Of a stretch of 64,000 nucleotides of DNA, positions 25,313-38,180 are shown one piece after another. The stretch is from the NCBI GenBank assembly GCA_951406725.2, contig OX597814.1, positions 134,974,001 through 135,038,000 of the forward strand. Direction: 5' to 3'. Numbering within the stretch: the stretch's first letter is position 1; the number at the start of each line of letters is the position of its first letter. The translations under genes and the position numbers were made by a program. Under the pieces are notes generated by a model that did not search any database, was not told the DNA's origin, and saw only the letters and a program-made list of their open reading frames with translations. The DNA is from Octopus vulgaris. Lineage: Eukaryota.

Positions 25313-25730
25313 TGTAGTGATGCTACTGTGCAAGGTTCAGCGCGCATGCGCAGAATGGGACTACTTCCGGGTGGCCACCGGAAGTCTTCCCCATGCGCAT
25401 GTGCGGGAAACTAACCCCTAAGGAACAGTAAACTCGATCACTCTCTCTGGCCATTTCAGCCCTCGTGAACAGACGTGCATTTGGTAGTCTCTGATAACTA
25501 CACCGACTTAGCCGCGGACGACATCGAATCACTTCAACCAACCAACAAGAAGCTGTACAACAGATTCGGCTGTCGTTTTCCCTTCAGAAATACGTACACC
25601 ATCACGAATAATAAACAACACTGCTGTCTTTCCCAGATAACCTGACTTCGTCTGTTATATTTAACTAAATTGAATGTGACGGGATCGGATCGACGCCTCT
25701 TCAGTGATACCGATTCCAGATCCTGTTACA
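25313..25730 (+). repeat. 5' LTR
   Basis: TGTAGTGATG...CCTGTTACA; 7 substitutions versus the 3' LTR by eye; contains AATAAA. Confidence 0.97.
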
Positions 25731-25732
25731 AT

Positions 25733-25742
25733 TGGTGACCCC
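25733..25742 (+). promoter_or_regulatory. Primer-binding site, probably tRNA-Trp
   Basis: TGGTGACCCC, 2 nt after the 5' LTR; complementary to a tRNA 3' end ...GGGGUCACCA, which I recall as tRNA-Trp. Confidence 0.75.
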
Positions 25743-26117
25743 AAGTAAAAAAAAAAAAAAAGACGCAGCGAACAGGTTTTGCCAGTTAGAGCACTGAACA
25801 CTCAGTTTTCACTTTCATTTTTCTTTTCCTTTCAGGACGGCGAAGGTGCGTACAAACAAAAGTTTTATTCATTGCACTCAGTACACTGAAAAAAAAAAAA
25901 AAAAGAAACACACACACATTACATTTTTTTTTTCTTTTCTGTACCTTTTGTTTTTCCTTTGTGCACACACACACTTATTCTTTACTACCCACGAGGTGCA
26001 CACACACACACACCAGTACACAAAACACGATTTTGATTTGCTTTGTCGGTTCCACGTGTTCTCCACTTCTCGTTCATACCTTCTGCCCCTTTCTGACAGG
26101 CGATTCTTTGGACAAAC

Positions 26118-26564
26118 ATGGCTGCATCAGGTTTGCCTTCATTCACAGGGGATGCGGGTCTGTGGCTTGCCCAGGTGGAGTCGCATTTTGCCGCACATGC
26201 CGTTCCTCCACAGCAGCAGTTGCATCTGTTATACTCGCGTTTGCCTTCCCGACTCGCCACATCGGTCAGGGATCTCATAATGAGTCCCCACCCTGACGTC
26301 ACATACGCGTCAGTAAAGGCCGAAATCCTCCGCCGCAACACGCGGTCAGAGGAAAGTAAATTTAATGAACTAATGGCCGACGAACAGTTGGGGGACAGGA
26401 CTCCATCCCAGTTCCTGCGCCACCTAAGGGAGCTAAGCGGCAACGCAGCAGACGTGCCACTCTTACGGAAGATATTCTTCTCCAGGTTGCCTGCCCACGT
26501 GCAGACAATGTTGGCCACAGCACTGGAGTCTGCTCTTGTTGCAGCATCTGGCCCCTTCGTCTGA
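26118..26564 (+). pseudogene. gag: Gypsy gag, C-terminally deleted
   Basis: LPSFTGDAGLWLAQVESHF...YASVKAEILRR...LGDRTPSQFLRHLREL...FFSRLPAHVQTML. No zinc knuckle; joins directly into protease sequence near 26530. Confidence 0.88.
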
Positions 26565-29500
26565 CTGCAGACAAGCCCAAGCGCTCTTCAATTGTCTTGC
26601 ATGCCATTGACTCGTCTCTCATAACCACCTTTGGTCAGATTTCGCTGCGCCTCGACATCAACCTTCGTCGAGATTTTCAATGGGTTTTCATCATCGCTGA
26701 CATCCTGCATCCTATTCTCGGCGCTGATTTCTTGGATAGGTTTAATCTATTGGTGGATGTCAGGCGTCGGAGGCTTCTTGACAGCACGACGTCGCTCTCT
26801 ACGCCGACTGGGAGTTCCACCATTGCGGTCCTTAGCCTGACATTCTTTGTTGCCACCTCTGGAGACGCTTTTCACTCTCTTTTGGCTTCATTTCCGGAGC
26901 TAGTGGACATTGCCTTTCAACCGGAAAAGCCTACCCACTCGACCCTTCATTTTATCCCCACCACTGGGCCGCCTGTTTTTTCGCGCCCGCGGCGCCTTGC
27001 GCCTGACCGTCTAATAGCGGCTAGGGCCGAGTTTGAGCACATGCTTCAACTTGGCCTTATACGCCCCTCCACCAGCCCATGGGTGTCTCCCCTTCATTTG
27101 GCGCGAAAGGGCGAGTCTGATTTTCGCCCGGTAGGAGACTATCGACGCCTCAATGCTGTAACAATAGCCGACAGATATCCAATCAGAAATTTACAGGACT
27201 TTACGGCAAATCTCCATGGTTGTACCATTTTTCGAAGGTCGACCTTATACGCGTGTTCCATCAAATACCGGTCAACCCAGCTGACGTTCCGAAAACTGCG
27301 ATCACTACCCCTTTTGGGTGTTTTGAGTTTTTGTATATGAGTTTCGGTTTGCAGAATGCTACTAGCACTTTCCAGCGTTTCATTGATGATGTTGTCCACG
27401 GTCTTGATTTTGTGTTTGCCTATGTCGATGATATACTCATTGCGAGTGACACACGTGAAAATCATCTCCAGCACCTTTCTCAGCTTTTTCAGCGTCTTCG
27501 CGCTTATAGTATACGTATAAATCCTGACAAGTGTGTTTTCGGACGCTCTTCCCTAGATTTTCTAAGCCATCATATTGATCGAGTGGAATCAGCCCTCTGT
27601 CGTCAAAGGTTGATGCCATTCAACGCATTGCACCTCCCACTTCCTTGTGCCAGCTCAGGCATTATCTAGGGATGATCAATTTCTACAGACGTTTTATTCC
27701 CGGTTGTGCAGATAAGCTACTTCCTCTCACCAGGCTATTAAAGGACACTCCTAGAAAGGACGGTCAAGTCACCTCTCTGTTGAGGCACTCACAGCCTTTG
27801 AGTCCATTAAGAAGGAGCTTCTGTTTCTTTGCTCACATCCGGTTCCTGGTGCCTCTTTGACTGTGGACGCATCGGACACCATTACAACACACAGTGGATG
27901 ATCACACTCGACCTCTGGCTTTCTTTTCCCGCCAACAGCAACCAGCTGAACGACGATACAGCACCTTTGATCGTGAGCTCCTAGCGATCTATCTATCGGT
28001 TTGTCATTTCCAGCATCAACTTGAAGGGCGAGATTTTGTGATCTACACGGATCACAGGCCCCTTACGTTTGCCCTGTGTTAAAAAACGGACAAACTCTCG
28101 CCTCGTGCTTTCCGGCACCTGGATTTTATCTCTCAATTCACTAGTAACATTCGACACATACCTGGAAAAGAGAACGTTCCTGCTGACGCTCTCTCTCGCC
28201 TTCTAGTCTGCGCCCTTTCGTCTCCTGCTGCTATCGACTTAAGTGCCATCTCGCAGGAGCAGCCACCTTTGGCGTCGTTAGACTTAACTTCTCCCAAGTT
28301 CTCCTGTTGCCAGTTTTCCTACCTTCCGCTTCCGTTAGCCGAAGGCACCATTCTCTGTGATACTTCCACTGGTTCTTCCAGGCCACTCGTGCCTGAGAAT
28401 CATCAACGCTCAGTGTTTGAAGCACTGCACTCCTTATCACATCCTGGCATCGCTGCCACCCTTAAGCTGATCACTGCTCGGTTTTTCTGGCCGAATATGC
28501 GTCGCACTATTACTTCTTGGACACGCACCTGCTCCAAGTGTCAACGGTCCAAGATTCAACGGCACGTTCGTGCCCCGCTTGGACATTTTCCCCCTACGGA
28601 GGCCCGTTTTCGCCATGTCCACATCGATCTGGTTGGACCATGGCCTGTGAGTCGCGGGTTTTCTTATCTGTTAACTTGTGTCGATCGTTTCTCCCGCTGG
28701 CCAGAAGCCATTCCAATAGCAGACATTTCTGCTGAGACTGTTGCACGAGCCTTCGTTTCAAACTGGATTTCCCATTTTGGACTCCCGTCCAGATTGACTA
28801 CTGATCGTGGACGTCAGTTTGAAGCTTCGCTATTTCGCGAATTGTTGCGCATTTTAGGTGTGCATCATTTCCACACTACCAGCTATCATCCAGCGTCTAA
28901 TGGATTAGTTGAACGGTTCCATAGACAGCTCAAGGCCGCTCTTCGTGCCTCTTCAGATCCACAGTCCTGGATTGAATTTCTGCCAATTGTGCTTCTCGGT
29001 TGTCGCACTGCTGTCAAGGCAGACCTGGGGTTTTCTTCTGCAGAGCTACTGTATGGTACCACACTGGCATTGCCTGGTACGATGTTGGTGCCAGACACTT
29101 CCCAGCCCCATGATCCGGCGACCTATGTTGCCAGACTGCATTCATATTTCTTGAATCTTCCACCCATGGTTCCCAGGAAACAATCTCCACCATCCCATCT
29201 CCCACCGGATATGGACACTTGGTCGCATGTTTTTGTTCGGGACGACTCTGTCAAGGGACCACTTGTTTCTCCCTATAAAGGACCTTTCTGTGTGCTTTCT
29301 CGCACACCTAAGGTTTTCACCATTGAAATAAATGGTCATTCGGAGACCGTTTCCGTGGACCGACTGAAGAAAGCATACTTTGAGACGTCTTCATCTTTTG
29401 ATGACAACCTTGCCACACCCACCTATGCACCTTTAACAACACCTTCACCTGCACAGACACCTTTGCCTTCACCGGCTCCCACAACACCACCTTCGCCGTC

Positions 29501-29588
29501 AACGGGTGCCCCGAGCACACCGTATGTTACAAGATTGGGCAGAACAGTGCGTTGGCCCAAGAAACTCTCAAAGACAATTTATATTTAA
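26530..29588 (+). pseudogene. pol: Gypsy pol (PR remnant, RT, RNase H, integrase), frameshifted
   Basis: ILGADFL (PR); [26 protein letters not shown] (RT); RYSTFDRELLAIY, YTDHRPL (RH); H..SHPG...C..CQ, HIDLVGP, TTDRGRQFE, SNGLVERFHR (INT). Split over five ORFs by frameshifts and a stop. Confidence 0.96.
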
Positions 29589-29694
29589 CTTTCTTTCTTT
29601 CAAATTTCTTGTTTTTTGTATGACATTGTGTACCAAGCCATCTGTTTTTCTGCAGCACCACTACAAATTTTCTTGTCTTCGTACTTCCGCACTC

Positions 29695-29703
29695 GAGGGG
29701 GAG
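29695..29703 (+). promoter_or_regulatory. Polypurine tract
   Basis: GAGGGGGAG, 3 nt before the 3' LTR. Confidence 0.85.
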
Positions 29704-29706
29704 CCA

Positions 29707-30124
29707 TGTAGTGATGCTACTGTGTAAGGTTCAGTGCGCATGCGCAGAATGGGACTACTTCCGGGTGGCCACTGGTAGTCTTCCCCATGCGCATGTGCGG
29801 GAAACTGACCCCTAAGGAACAGTAAACTCGATCACTCTCTCTGGCCATTTCAGCCCTCGTGAACAGACGTGCATTTGGTAGTCTCTGATAACTACACCGA
29901 CTTAGCCGCGGACGACATCGAATCACTTCAACCAACCAACAAGAAGCTGTACAACAGATTCGGCTGTCGTTTTCCCTTCAGAAATACGTACACCATCACG
30001 AATAATAAACAACACTGCTGTCTTTCCCAGATAACCTGACTTCGTCTGTTATATTTAACTAAATTGAATGTGACGGGATCGGATCGACACCCCTTCAGTG
30101 ATACCGATTCCAGATCCTGTTACA
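29707..30124 (+). repeat. 3' LTR
   Basis: Direct repeat of 25313-25730. Confidence 0.97.
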
Positions 30125-30246
30125 TATCCAAATAATAATAAGAAAACAAAGAAAATTCTTTAACACATCTTTAATGATTCATTACAATTATTTCTGTACC
30201 AACTCTACTTACAACACCAGTTTAAGCAAAAATTTGAAGTGAATGG

Positions 30247-30397
30247 AAGTAGCTTGCTTACAAACCACATGGTTCTGGCTTCAGTCCAATTGCGTGGCAC
30301 CTTGGGCAAATGTCTTCTACTATAGCCTTGGGCTGACCAAAGCCATGTGAGTGGATTTGGTTGACGGAAACTGAAAGAAGCCCGTCATATATATGCG

Positions 30398-30440
<43 letters not shown>

Positions 30441-30660
30441 GCATATGTTTGTGTGTCTGTGTTTGTCCCCCCAACATCGCTTGACAGCCAATGCTGGTGT
30501 GTTTACATCCCCATAACTTACTGGTTCAGCAAAAGAGACTGATAAAATGAGTACTAGGCTTACAACGAATAAGTCCTGGGGTCGATTTGCTCGACGAAAG
30601 GTGGTGCTCCAACTTGGCCACAGTCGAATGACTGAAACAAGTAAAAGAGTAAAAGAATAA
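30247..30660 (+). mobile_element. tRNA-derived SINE with central (TA)n tract
   Basis: AAGTAGCTTGCTTAC..CCACATGGTTC...GGCACCTTGGGCAAATGTCTTCTACTATAGCC head, TA tract, tail ending GACTGAAACAAGTAAAAGAGTAAAAGAATAA. Confidence 0.8.
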
Positions 30661-30884
30661 TGTTTTCAGTTTTAGACATAGAGAGGTACTTCATCAGGCT
30701 TGTATATATACACAAGGAAGCGCATAAATGCAAAACAAGGTAGAAAAAATAGTACTCAAATACCAAAGGTAGAGTAATATACTTTTATTAAAGCTGCAAA
30801 ATCTTCACAAATTGTTAACTGCCCAATGAACGGGAATGTGAAACTGACTAACAGTTTGGGAAGATTTTGCAGTTTTAATAAAAG

Positions 30885-30916
<32 letters not shown>

Positions 30917-31639
30917 GAGAGAGACACAGACAGACAGAGACAGAATTGAGTTTAGTAATGTTAATGTTTAACAATGTTAAATACTAGACTACTAGGTTTA
31001 TTATGATAAGATATGAAAACTTGATGTCAAAGATCGATCAAAGATTTCAAAACCCTCTTATCATTTACAGAAATAAGAAAAAAACACTTTTTCTTTTCTG
31101 TTTAATCATAGTTTGCCAAAAATGGGTGGAGGATGATAATACTTTGTAGATTTTTATTTGTTGATTTTAGAATGCCGGGTACTTTATGTGGTCACTTGAC
31201 TTGTGAGAAATAGCAGTAAAATCTTTCTCAAATCACACTCTACAATCTTTACAAAAATAATGGTATATTGGTGTTTGAGATAATAGGTGTCTCAAAGACC
31301 AAGATGGTCACAATAGAATATCTTTATTGAAAGGTTCTATAAAGGACTGTCCTGGAACTAGACAACAACAACAACAACAACAATGAATTCAGAAAGTAAG
31401 TGATGCAATACAAATTTAAAGAGTTCAAAAAGTGGCCATAAGGACAAGAGTCGAAAACCTTCACAAGTCTTTATTACTCCCACTCTCACTTCACAACTGC
31501 TTGGTTAAATTGTAAGAAAATGATCCACTGGGGAAAAAAACATTTTGTTTTGAGAGAGAGGGCAAATATATGCCCATTATGTCATTAGGCCTAGCTAGAT
31601 CATAGAAATAATAAAGTACAGTTTATGTCCAGTTTGAAC

Positions 31640-31868
31640 AAACCTTTTAAAACTTAAGCCGGCCATATCTGGCCCAAAATGTTCTACTTGTTTCATGTTC
31701 AAACTGGCCAGATCTGGCCTCTCACACCTACCTGACAATATTATTCAAATCATAAACAATAACATCATTGAAATCTCGAAGCTACAAGATAATGGATGAA
31801 TAATTCAAAAGAATGTGAATGAATAAGCATTACATTTGACAGAGTAATCTGAATGCCAAAAGGCTAAA
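31640..31868 (+). mobile_element. Diverged piggyBac-like MITE (family of 62837-63055)
   Basis: CCGGCCATATCTGGCCC...CAAACTGGCCAGATCTGGCCTCTCACACCTACC...CTGAATGCCAAAAGGCTAA. Confidence 0.65.
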
Positions 31869-32529
31869 GTTAATAGAGAGTAAAACATAGATAGAAAGAA
31901 AGAAGGTTCCAGTTGTTGGCATCCATTGGTTAGAAGGATTTCTCAGATTTAGGACTGGATTTGAGCAGCATGTCAGGGAGGTCAGAACCACACGAACTTG
32001 AATCATCAATGTTTTGGATTGAGCATTCCTTACTACTGTTGTACTGGAAGTAAAAAATTTATACAAAAAATATGCTAACCCAAACAATGAACTATTCAAA
32101 GCATATGCTATTATAAAAGCAAGAATATGTCCTTGCCAGGATAAAGCCTTCACTTGTTTTGTAAATTGCAGTGTTGTTTATAAACTTTTGTGTACTATAA
32201 CTTGTTTTTCATTACTAAGAACCCCACTCACCCTCATTTCAGCAAGATATATCAACGTGGGATGTTGTAGGAGGGAGAAGAGGAGAGAATGAGTTTAATT
32301 TGATTTAGTTTACAGATAGTAAATTTATAGGCTAAGAGGTTATTATAGTATCAGGGAGAGAGATAGATACTTGCTCTATTGTTCTAGTTATATGTAAATC
32401 TACAAATTATAAAATCCAGCCATCTGTGCTGCAATTTTACATATTTACAGGGTGCTTGCTTTATTGAACTACAATACCCTTCCCCATAGTTTTATTTGTT
32501 TTCTTCCCATAAATGGGTTTTAATACTTA

Positions 32530-32808
32530 TCCTTGGGTGCTGGTGCCATGGGTACTAGTGCCACATAAAAACCCTGGTGCTGGTGCCACTTAAAAAGCAC
32601 TGGTGTTGATGCTACGTAAAAAGCACTCAGTATAGTCTGTCGAGTGGTTGGCATTAGGAAGGGTATCCAACTATAGAAACCAAGCCAAAACAAACTACAG
32701 AACATTGTGTGGCCCCTGGCCTTGCCAGTTCCAGTTGACCCATCCAGCCCATACCAGCATGAAGAATGGACATTAAATGTGGTTGTTGTTGATGATGATG
32801 ATGATGAT
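32530..32808 (+). mobile_element. RTE-LINE 3' tail copy
   Basis: CGTAAAAAGCACTCAG...GAGTGGTTGGCATTAGGAAGGG...(GAT)n. Confidence 0.75.
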
Positions 32809-32949
32809 CCATAATAACATTCAGAATTTGTTGTTCTCTATAAAATTTTCTTATTTGAGAATTATTGTTGTTGCTGGTATTCTTGATCTATGTAGTTTGA
32901 AACACCCATGACAAGACAGTTTTACAGGATATTTTTCTGTTTTTGGTTA

Positions 32950-33400
32950 GGAGGAAGTGGCTGGGCTCAGTGCCTTTGCAGTCCCCTGAGATTGATGAGA
33001 TCAATGCTATTAATATTCCACTTACACTATTGCAAGTCTAAGACTGCAAGAAAGATGTGAAATGTGGGATTCTAGGAGGCCAATGTTTTGGAAAGAAAGA
33101 ACTGGGATAGTGGTTAATGCAAACCTGAAAAACTAGATGTAACATAGGTGATGAGAGAAGGAGATATGAGTACATGTTTGAGTAGAGGTAACATGGCACG
33201 AGTCAGCTCCAGGAAACAGCAGAAAAGGCAGGAAGTTAGTATATCTGTGGAACAGCAGTTAGAGTAACTTCATGTCAAACAACAGAGTAACCTTTCTCTG
33301 GATTTGGTCTATGATGTCTCCGTGTGTATAGCAGCAGCACTATTCTAGATGTAGAAGTAGTACTCTACTGTGGGTTCACCTTGGCTTTGTAGAGGATTAG
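32950..33400 (-). mobile_element. Decayed CR1/Jockey-like LINE C-terminal fragment
   Basis: Minus strand has traces of a YKAQVRP.LEYC..IW-type segment (…CTACAAAGCCAAGGTGAACCCACAGTAGAGTACTAC…). Confidence 0.45.
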
Positions 33401-34826
33401 TAGTTGGTGGAGGCTGAAAAATATTATGTTAATTTTTTTAAAATGTCCCTAACTGCAAAAAAGAGGAGTTTGAATTTTTCCAGGTGAAGTTTAGAAGTGT
33501 CATCTAAAGAAGTTGTTTAATAAGCCTATGATCAAAAGTAATTCTAGTTATGACCATCTTGTCTTTTATTCATGCAGTATATCTCACAATACGTTATCTA
33601 ATGTGTCCTGCTATTTTAAGAAGGCAGGGTGTGATTTGAGGTAGATTTGGTTGTTATTTCTAAAAGTTCATTTTAACATATAAAATAAGTTTTTTCTTTC
33701 CCTTCTATGTATAAGTGCTCATACATATTTATTTTGTGTGTAATCTTTCATTTTGTGAATACACTTGCTAACTTGAGCAGGATAGTTTTCTTTTGATAAT
33801 TTAGTTATTTGCATGTTGTTGAAGTCATTGCTTTCATTGCTGGTTGTGTTCCCTACTGCAAACTAAACAGAAGAAATTTCTTTGTCACCCAGATAGTAGA
33901 CTGAGGCTAATCTTCTGCAAGAATTTTGCTGAGATCTAAAACAAGAATGAAGAAATCATGTTTAGCCTTTAGCACACTGTATTCTCTCTAGAAATGTTTC
34001 CCCTAGGGTAGAAAACTCATATGGTGACATAATGCACTTACAATGTAATAAAGGTTAAGTGTCAGTTGTAGAAATTGTGAGCATTAGAAGAAAAAATATT
34101 TAACTGGGTTATTTCCATAGTTTTTTTTGTTTTTCTTTTTCCTTTTATAATTTTCCATTGCTCTTGTAGTTTGAGGATTTAAGACACATGACAGGGAATC
34201 CTCTAACATATATCATACTATTGACATTTGGTCAGCTTCTGTCTCTCATCAACCCTCTATTAAGTAACTTGAGTTGGATTAGAACTCAATATGTTTTCGT
34301 TCTTCCAACAATAATATCTTGCTAGCATTCAAAATATACTGAATTTGTGCCACTTCCTGAAACTTAGTAAGTATTTCGTCTTTGAGCTCTCTGCCTTTTA
34401 TTTTCATTCTCACATAGAGTACAATCAACAATATTCACTTGTGTAACACAGTCTTGTCTATTTGTTGATTTTATTACCTCTTACCCAAAGCAATTTTTGA
34501 AATATACTTCAATCTTCAATCAAGTTACATCTCTTCACATTTAATGGTAGACTCATATATCTATTACCTGGTTTAACACCATCAACTGTCTTTAGTAATG
34601 TTTACTCCATTGCAGGCATTTGAACTAGGTCTCTACTTGAGGACAGCTCACTATTCAAATGTATTGTTTTCTACCATAGTAACTCACAAGTCATATCATT
34701 TCTTCCTTTCTTAATCCCATGTACAGTGGGAGCCCTGCAATAGGTAATAGTTGCCTACTTCTTCCTATGACTAAATCATAATATCCCTCTCTCTCTTTCT
34801 CACTCACTCACTCACAGGGAGAGAGC

Positions 34827-34857
<31 letters not shown>

Positions 34858-34922
34858 TTCTAGCTAACCGGGTCATTTGTTAATTGGGACAGCGGTTTAT
34901 TTAGGACAAATCTTAGAAAGTG

Positions 34923-36187
34923 TTGGGTCATCCCATAAATAATGGGGCTATTTTAATTGCATGGACTGAAAGTTTGAGGAGGATGGGATAAACTACCTGC
35001 ATCAATTTGCTATAAAAGCAGGTAGTAATTTTACCTTGACTTATTCTTAATGCAAGTTTTGAAGAGTGCAGTTCGATTTTAACAATTATTTTAAAAAAGT
35101 TATAATGGAAGTGATAAAGGAGCATATTCGGTATATTTTGCTTTATGAGTTCAATAAAGGCAACAACTCAACAGAAAGTGCAAGGAATTAATGCAATATA
35201 TGAGGATTGGACAATAAGCATAAACCAGTGTCAATGGTAGATCCAGAAATTCCAAGCCGGAAACTACAGCCTAGTAGACAAGCTTCATCCTAGGAGATCT
35301 GTAGACTTGGCGAGGACATCTTGCAAATCCTGGTGGAACAAAATCCCATCGTAAATGTTGATGAACTATCAAAAAAGCTTGAATTTGGTCATTCAACTAT
35401 TCGGCGACACCTGTGTGCCATTGGAAAAGTCAGTAAATTGGGTCAATGGGTTCCTCACAAACTTTCTGAGTCTAATCACATGCAGAGAGTGAATGTGTGC
35501 TCTTCTTTGCTGACCATCTCAGGAACGAACCGTTTTTAGACTGAATAGTGACTGGTGACGAGAAATGGATTCTCTATAAAAATATAAAGTGCCAAAGACA
35601 GTGGGTAGGGAAAAGAGAAACACTGGCACCCCAGACTAAAGAAGGTCTTCACCCACATAAGGTGTTGATACCTATTTGGTTGGATACGAAAGGTTTAGTC
35701 CACTTTGAACTTTTAAACCCAACCCAAACAATAACAAAGCTTATCTACTGCAAACGGCTTCAGCAGCTTAAGTCAACACAAGAAGAAAAATGATCATCTT
35801 TGGTTTCAAGACAAAAGATGTTCTTCCATCAGGATAATGCTTGGCCACATACAGCGAAGATGACATTTCAAAGGCTGGAGCAGTTTGAATGAGAAACAAT
35901 GCCCCACCCACCATATTCGCTGGACATTGCTCCATCTGATTATCATTTATTCCACAGTCTTCAAAATTTTATGGCTGGAAAAAATATGAATTCTGTAGAT
36001 GAGGTCAGAACAGTACTGGAGGAGTATTTTTCATCACGGACAAGTGAATTTTGGAAGTCTAACAAATAAATGGAAGAGCATTGTAGAAAATGGAGAGTAT
36101 ATTTTAGATTAAAAAAGGACTTTGTTTATCTTAATTCTGAAAAATAAAAGAAGTATAAAAAAATTCAATATTTATGGGATGACCCAA
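34923..36187 (+). mobile_element. Mariner (DD34D) DNA transposon, full-length, inactivated
   Basis: 19-bp TIRs TTGGGTCATCCCATAAATA (34923-34941 / 36169-36187); TA on the right flank, TG on the left. Motifs HIRYILLYEF, WVPHKL, VTGDEKW, HQDNAWPH, YSLDIAPSDYHLF. Stops and frameshifts. Confidence 0.95.
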
Positions 36188-36447
36188 TAGAGACATATTG
36201 AGATAGTTGCCTCAATCTACTTACTTATTCAGGGCATCATACAGGTTAATCAGAATAATTATATTTAAAGTGCATGCTTAGAATATGTAAGATAAAAACT
36301 TAAGCAATAACCATTTCAACTCCATAATGAACATGTGTGTAAGTGATGTCTTTAGAAAATCTTGCAGCATCTTGGTTACAAACCTTTGAACTGAAAGGGT
36401 GAATATGGTAAAACAGAAAAGATATTAGGCTAAGTTATATATATATA

Positions 36448-37576
36448 CTAGCAGAGATACCTGGCTACGGGAAATGAAAGTGTCACCTCTGGAGTTTGCC
36501 AATGATCACTATGCCGATAGGTAACTGGACAGAATAAATTTACAATCTATAAATCTCTTTGAATAATCAGTTACTTATCTGGGAAGGCTTTGAAATCAAT
36601 GTTACCATCTGAGGACTATCTCTGATAATAAAATGACTCAAAGGAGGTCTGCAACCAAATAACTTTACTCATCACTTTGCAACTGAATCAGTGGAAGCAA
36701 AAATGCCTCTCCTTTACTTGACAATTTATGCACCACAAGGCAGAAATCACAATCTAAGTATATCTCAAAGCAAAGTCTGACACTGTTGTACCACTGAATT
36801 ACAAATAATGCTAATCTTTTATGCTTGAGTGACCCTACAGCTTTCAAGAGTAGAAATGTATTTGTCTTGGCATAGGAAAAATGACTAAATTGTGGATGTT
36901 AAGCCCCCATTAAGGGGTGTTACTAACTTTTAAGAATTTGAAATTTTAGAAATATTGCTTCATTTGTGAGTAATATCAATGGCTAAAATTTCCTCAACAG
37001 CAAAAATATATCAATTTCCACGAGGATTATGGCATCATTTATGCCTCCTCACTTTCAAAGATATGCTGCATTACATCTGTCCTTATACATAGAATATAAT
37101 TTCCAAATTTTATAAAGATCCATTCAGTACTTTTGAACTAGATTTGGATCATAAAAAATGACTAAAATTTGGGAGTTAAGATCCCCATTAAGGAGTGTTA
37201 GAATCCTCATGAGAAGCAGAAAGTTTGATAATACTTCTTGATGTGTGTCAATTACCTATGGTTGAAATTTTATCAACATAGGAAATTTATGAATTTTTAT
37301 GGGGAGTTCTGCCTCCTTTAACACACCTCAAATTCAAGCCAAACATACTGCATTATACCCGCCGTTATGTATTGAATTGAAGTTCCAAATATCATAAGGA
37401 TCCATTCAGTAAATATCATAAGGATCCATTTATGAAATTCTATGAAACACACAGCATAACCTTTCTTCCTAGGCTTGGATTTTGTGCTCCAAATTTCATT
37501 AGGATTGGTGCAGTAGTTTTTAAATCTATAAGTAACACACAAACACACATAAAAACATTGACTTTTATATAATAGA
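36448..37576 (-). mobile_element. Non-autonomous Helitron-like element
   Basis: Minus-strand 5' A|TCTATTATATAAAAG at 37576 and 3' ...CTGCTAG|T at 36448 with a degraded subterminal hairpin. Internal ~276-bp duplication (36877 vs 37153). Confidence 0.7.
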
Positions 37577-37729
37577 TATAAATATGCACATATACATACA
37601 TATATATGTGTGTGTATGTGTGTGTGTGTGTGTGTGTATGTGTATTTATATATATATATATATATATATATACATACACAGAAAGATAGATTGATAGATA
37701 CAATTGAGTGGGCAAACAAAAATATGTGA

Positions 37730-38075
37730 CACTGCCTTCAAGAATTTTTTGTCGAATGAATCAACTCCAGTGCTTTTGTTTTTTTTTTTGATAAGCCTGG
37801 TACTTATTCTATCAGTCTCTTTTTGTGAAACTAGTAAGTTATGGGGATGTAAATAAATGAACAGCAGTTGTCAAACATTGATGAGGGAGAAACACTGACA
37901 CAAAGATACACACATACCCTTACATATATACATATTATGTATATGATTGATTTCTTTCAGTTTCTGTCTACAAAATCCACTCACAAGGCTTCGGTTGTTC
38001 TGAGGCTATAGCAGAAGACACATGCTAATTACCACACAGTGGGACTGAATGCAGGTTTATGTGCTTTGGAACCAA
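37730..38075 (-). mobile_element. tRNA-derived SINE, inverted and diverged
   Basis: Reverse-complement similarity to 30247-30660 (TTTCTTTCAGTTTCTGTCTAC.AAATCCACTCACAAGGCTT...GAGGCTATAGCAGAAGACAC). Confidence 0.72.
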
Positions 38076-38146
38076 GTTTCTTACCTCACATCCACACCTG
38101 AACCTCTGTGTGTGTATGTGTGTATAAATGTATGTATATGTATATA

Positions 38147-38180
<34 letters not shown>

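Larger units (their letters stand above)
25313..30124 (+). mobile_element. Ty3/Gypsy LTR retrotransposon, structurally complete but coding-defective
   Basis: Two 418-bp TG...CA LTRs (25313-25730, 29707-30124); TSD TATC (25309-25312 / 30125-30128); PBS and PPT present; gag then PR-RT-RH-INT domain order. Confidence 0.98.
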
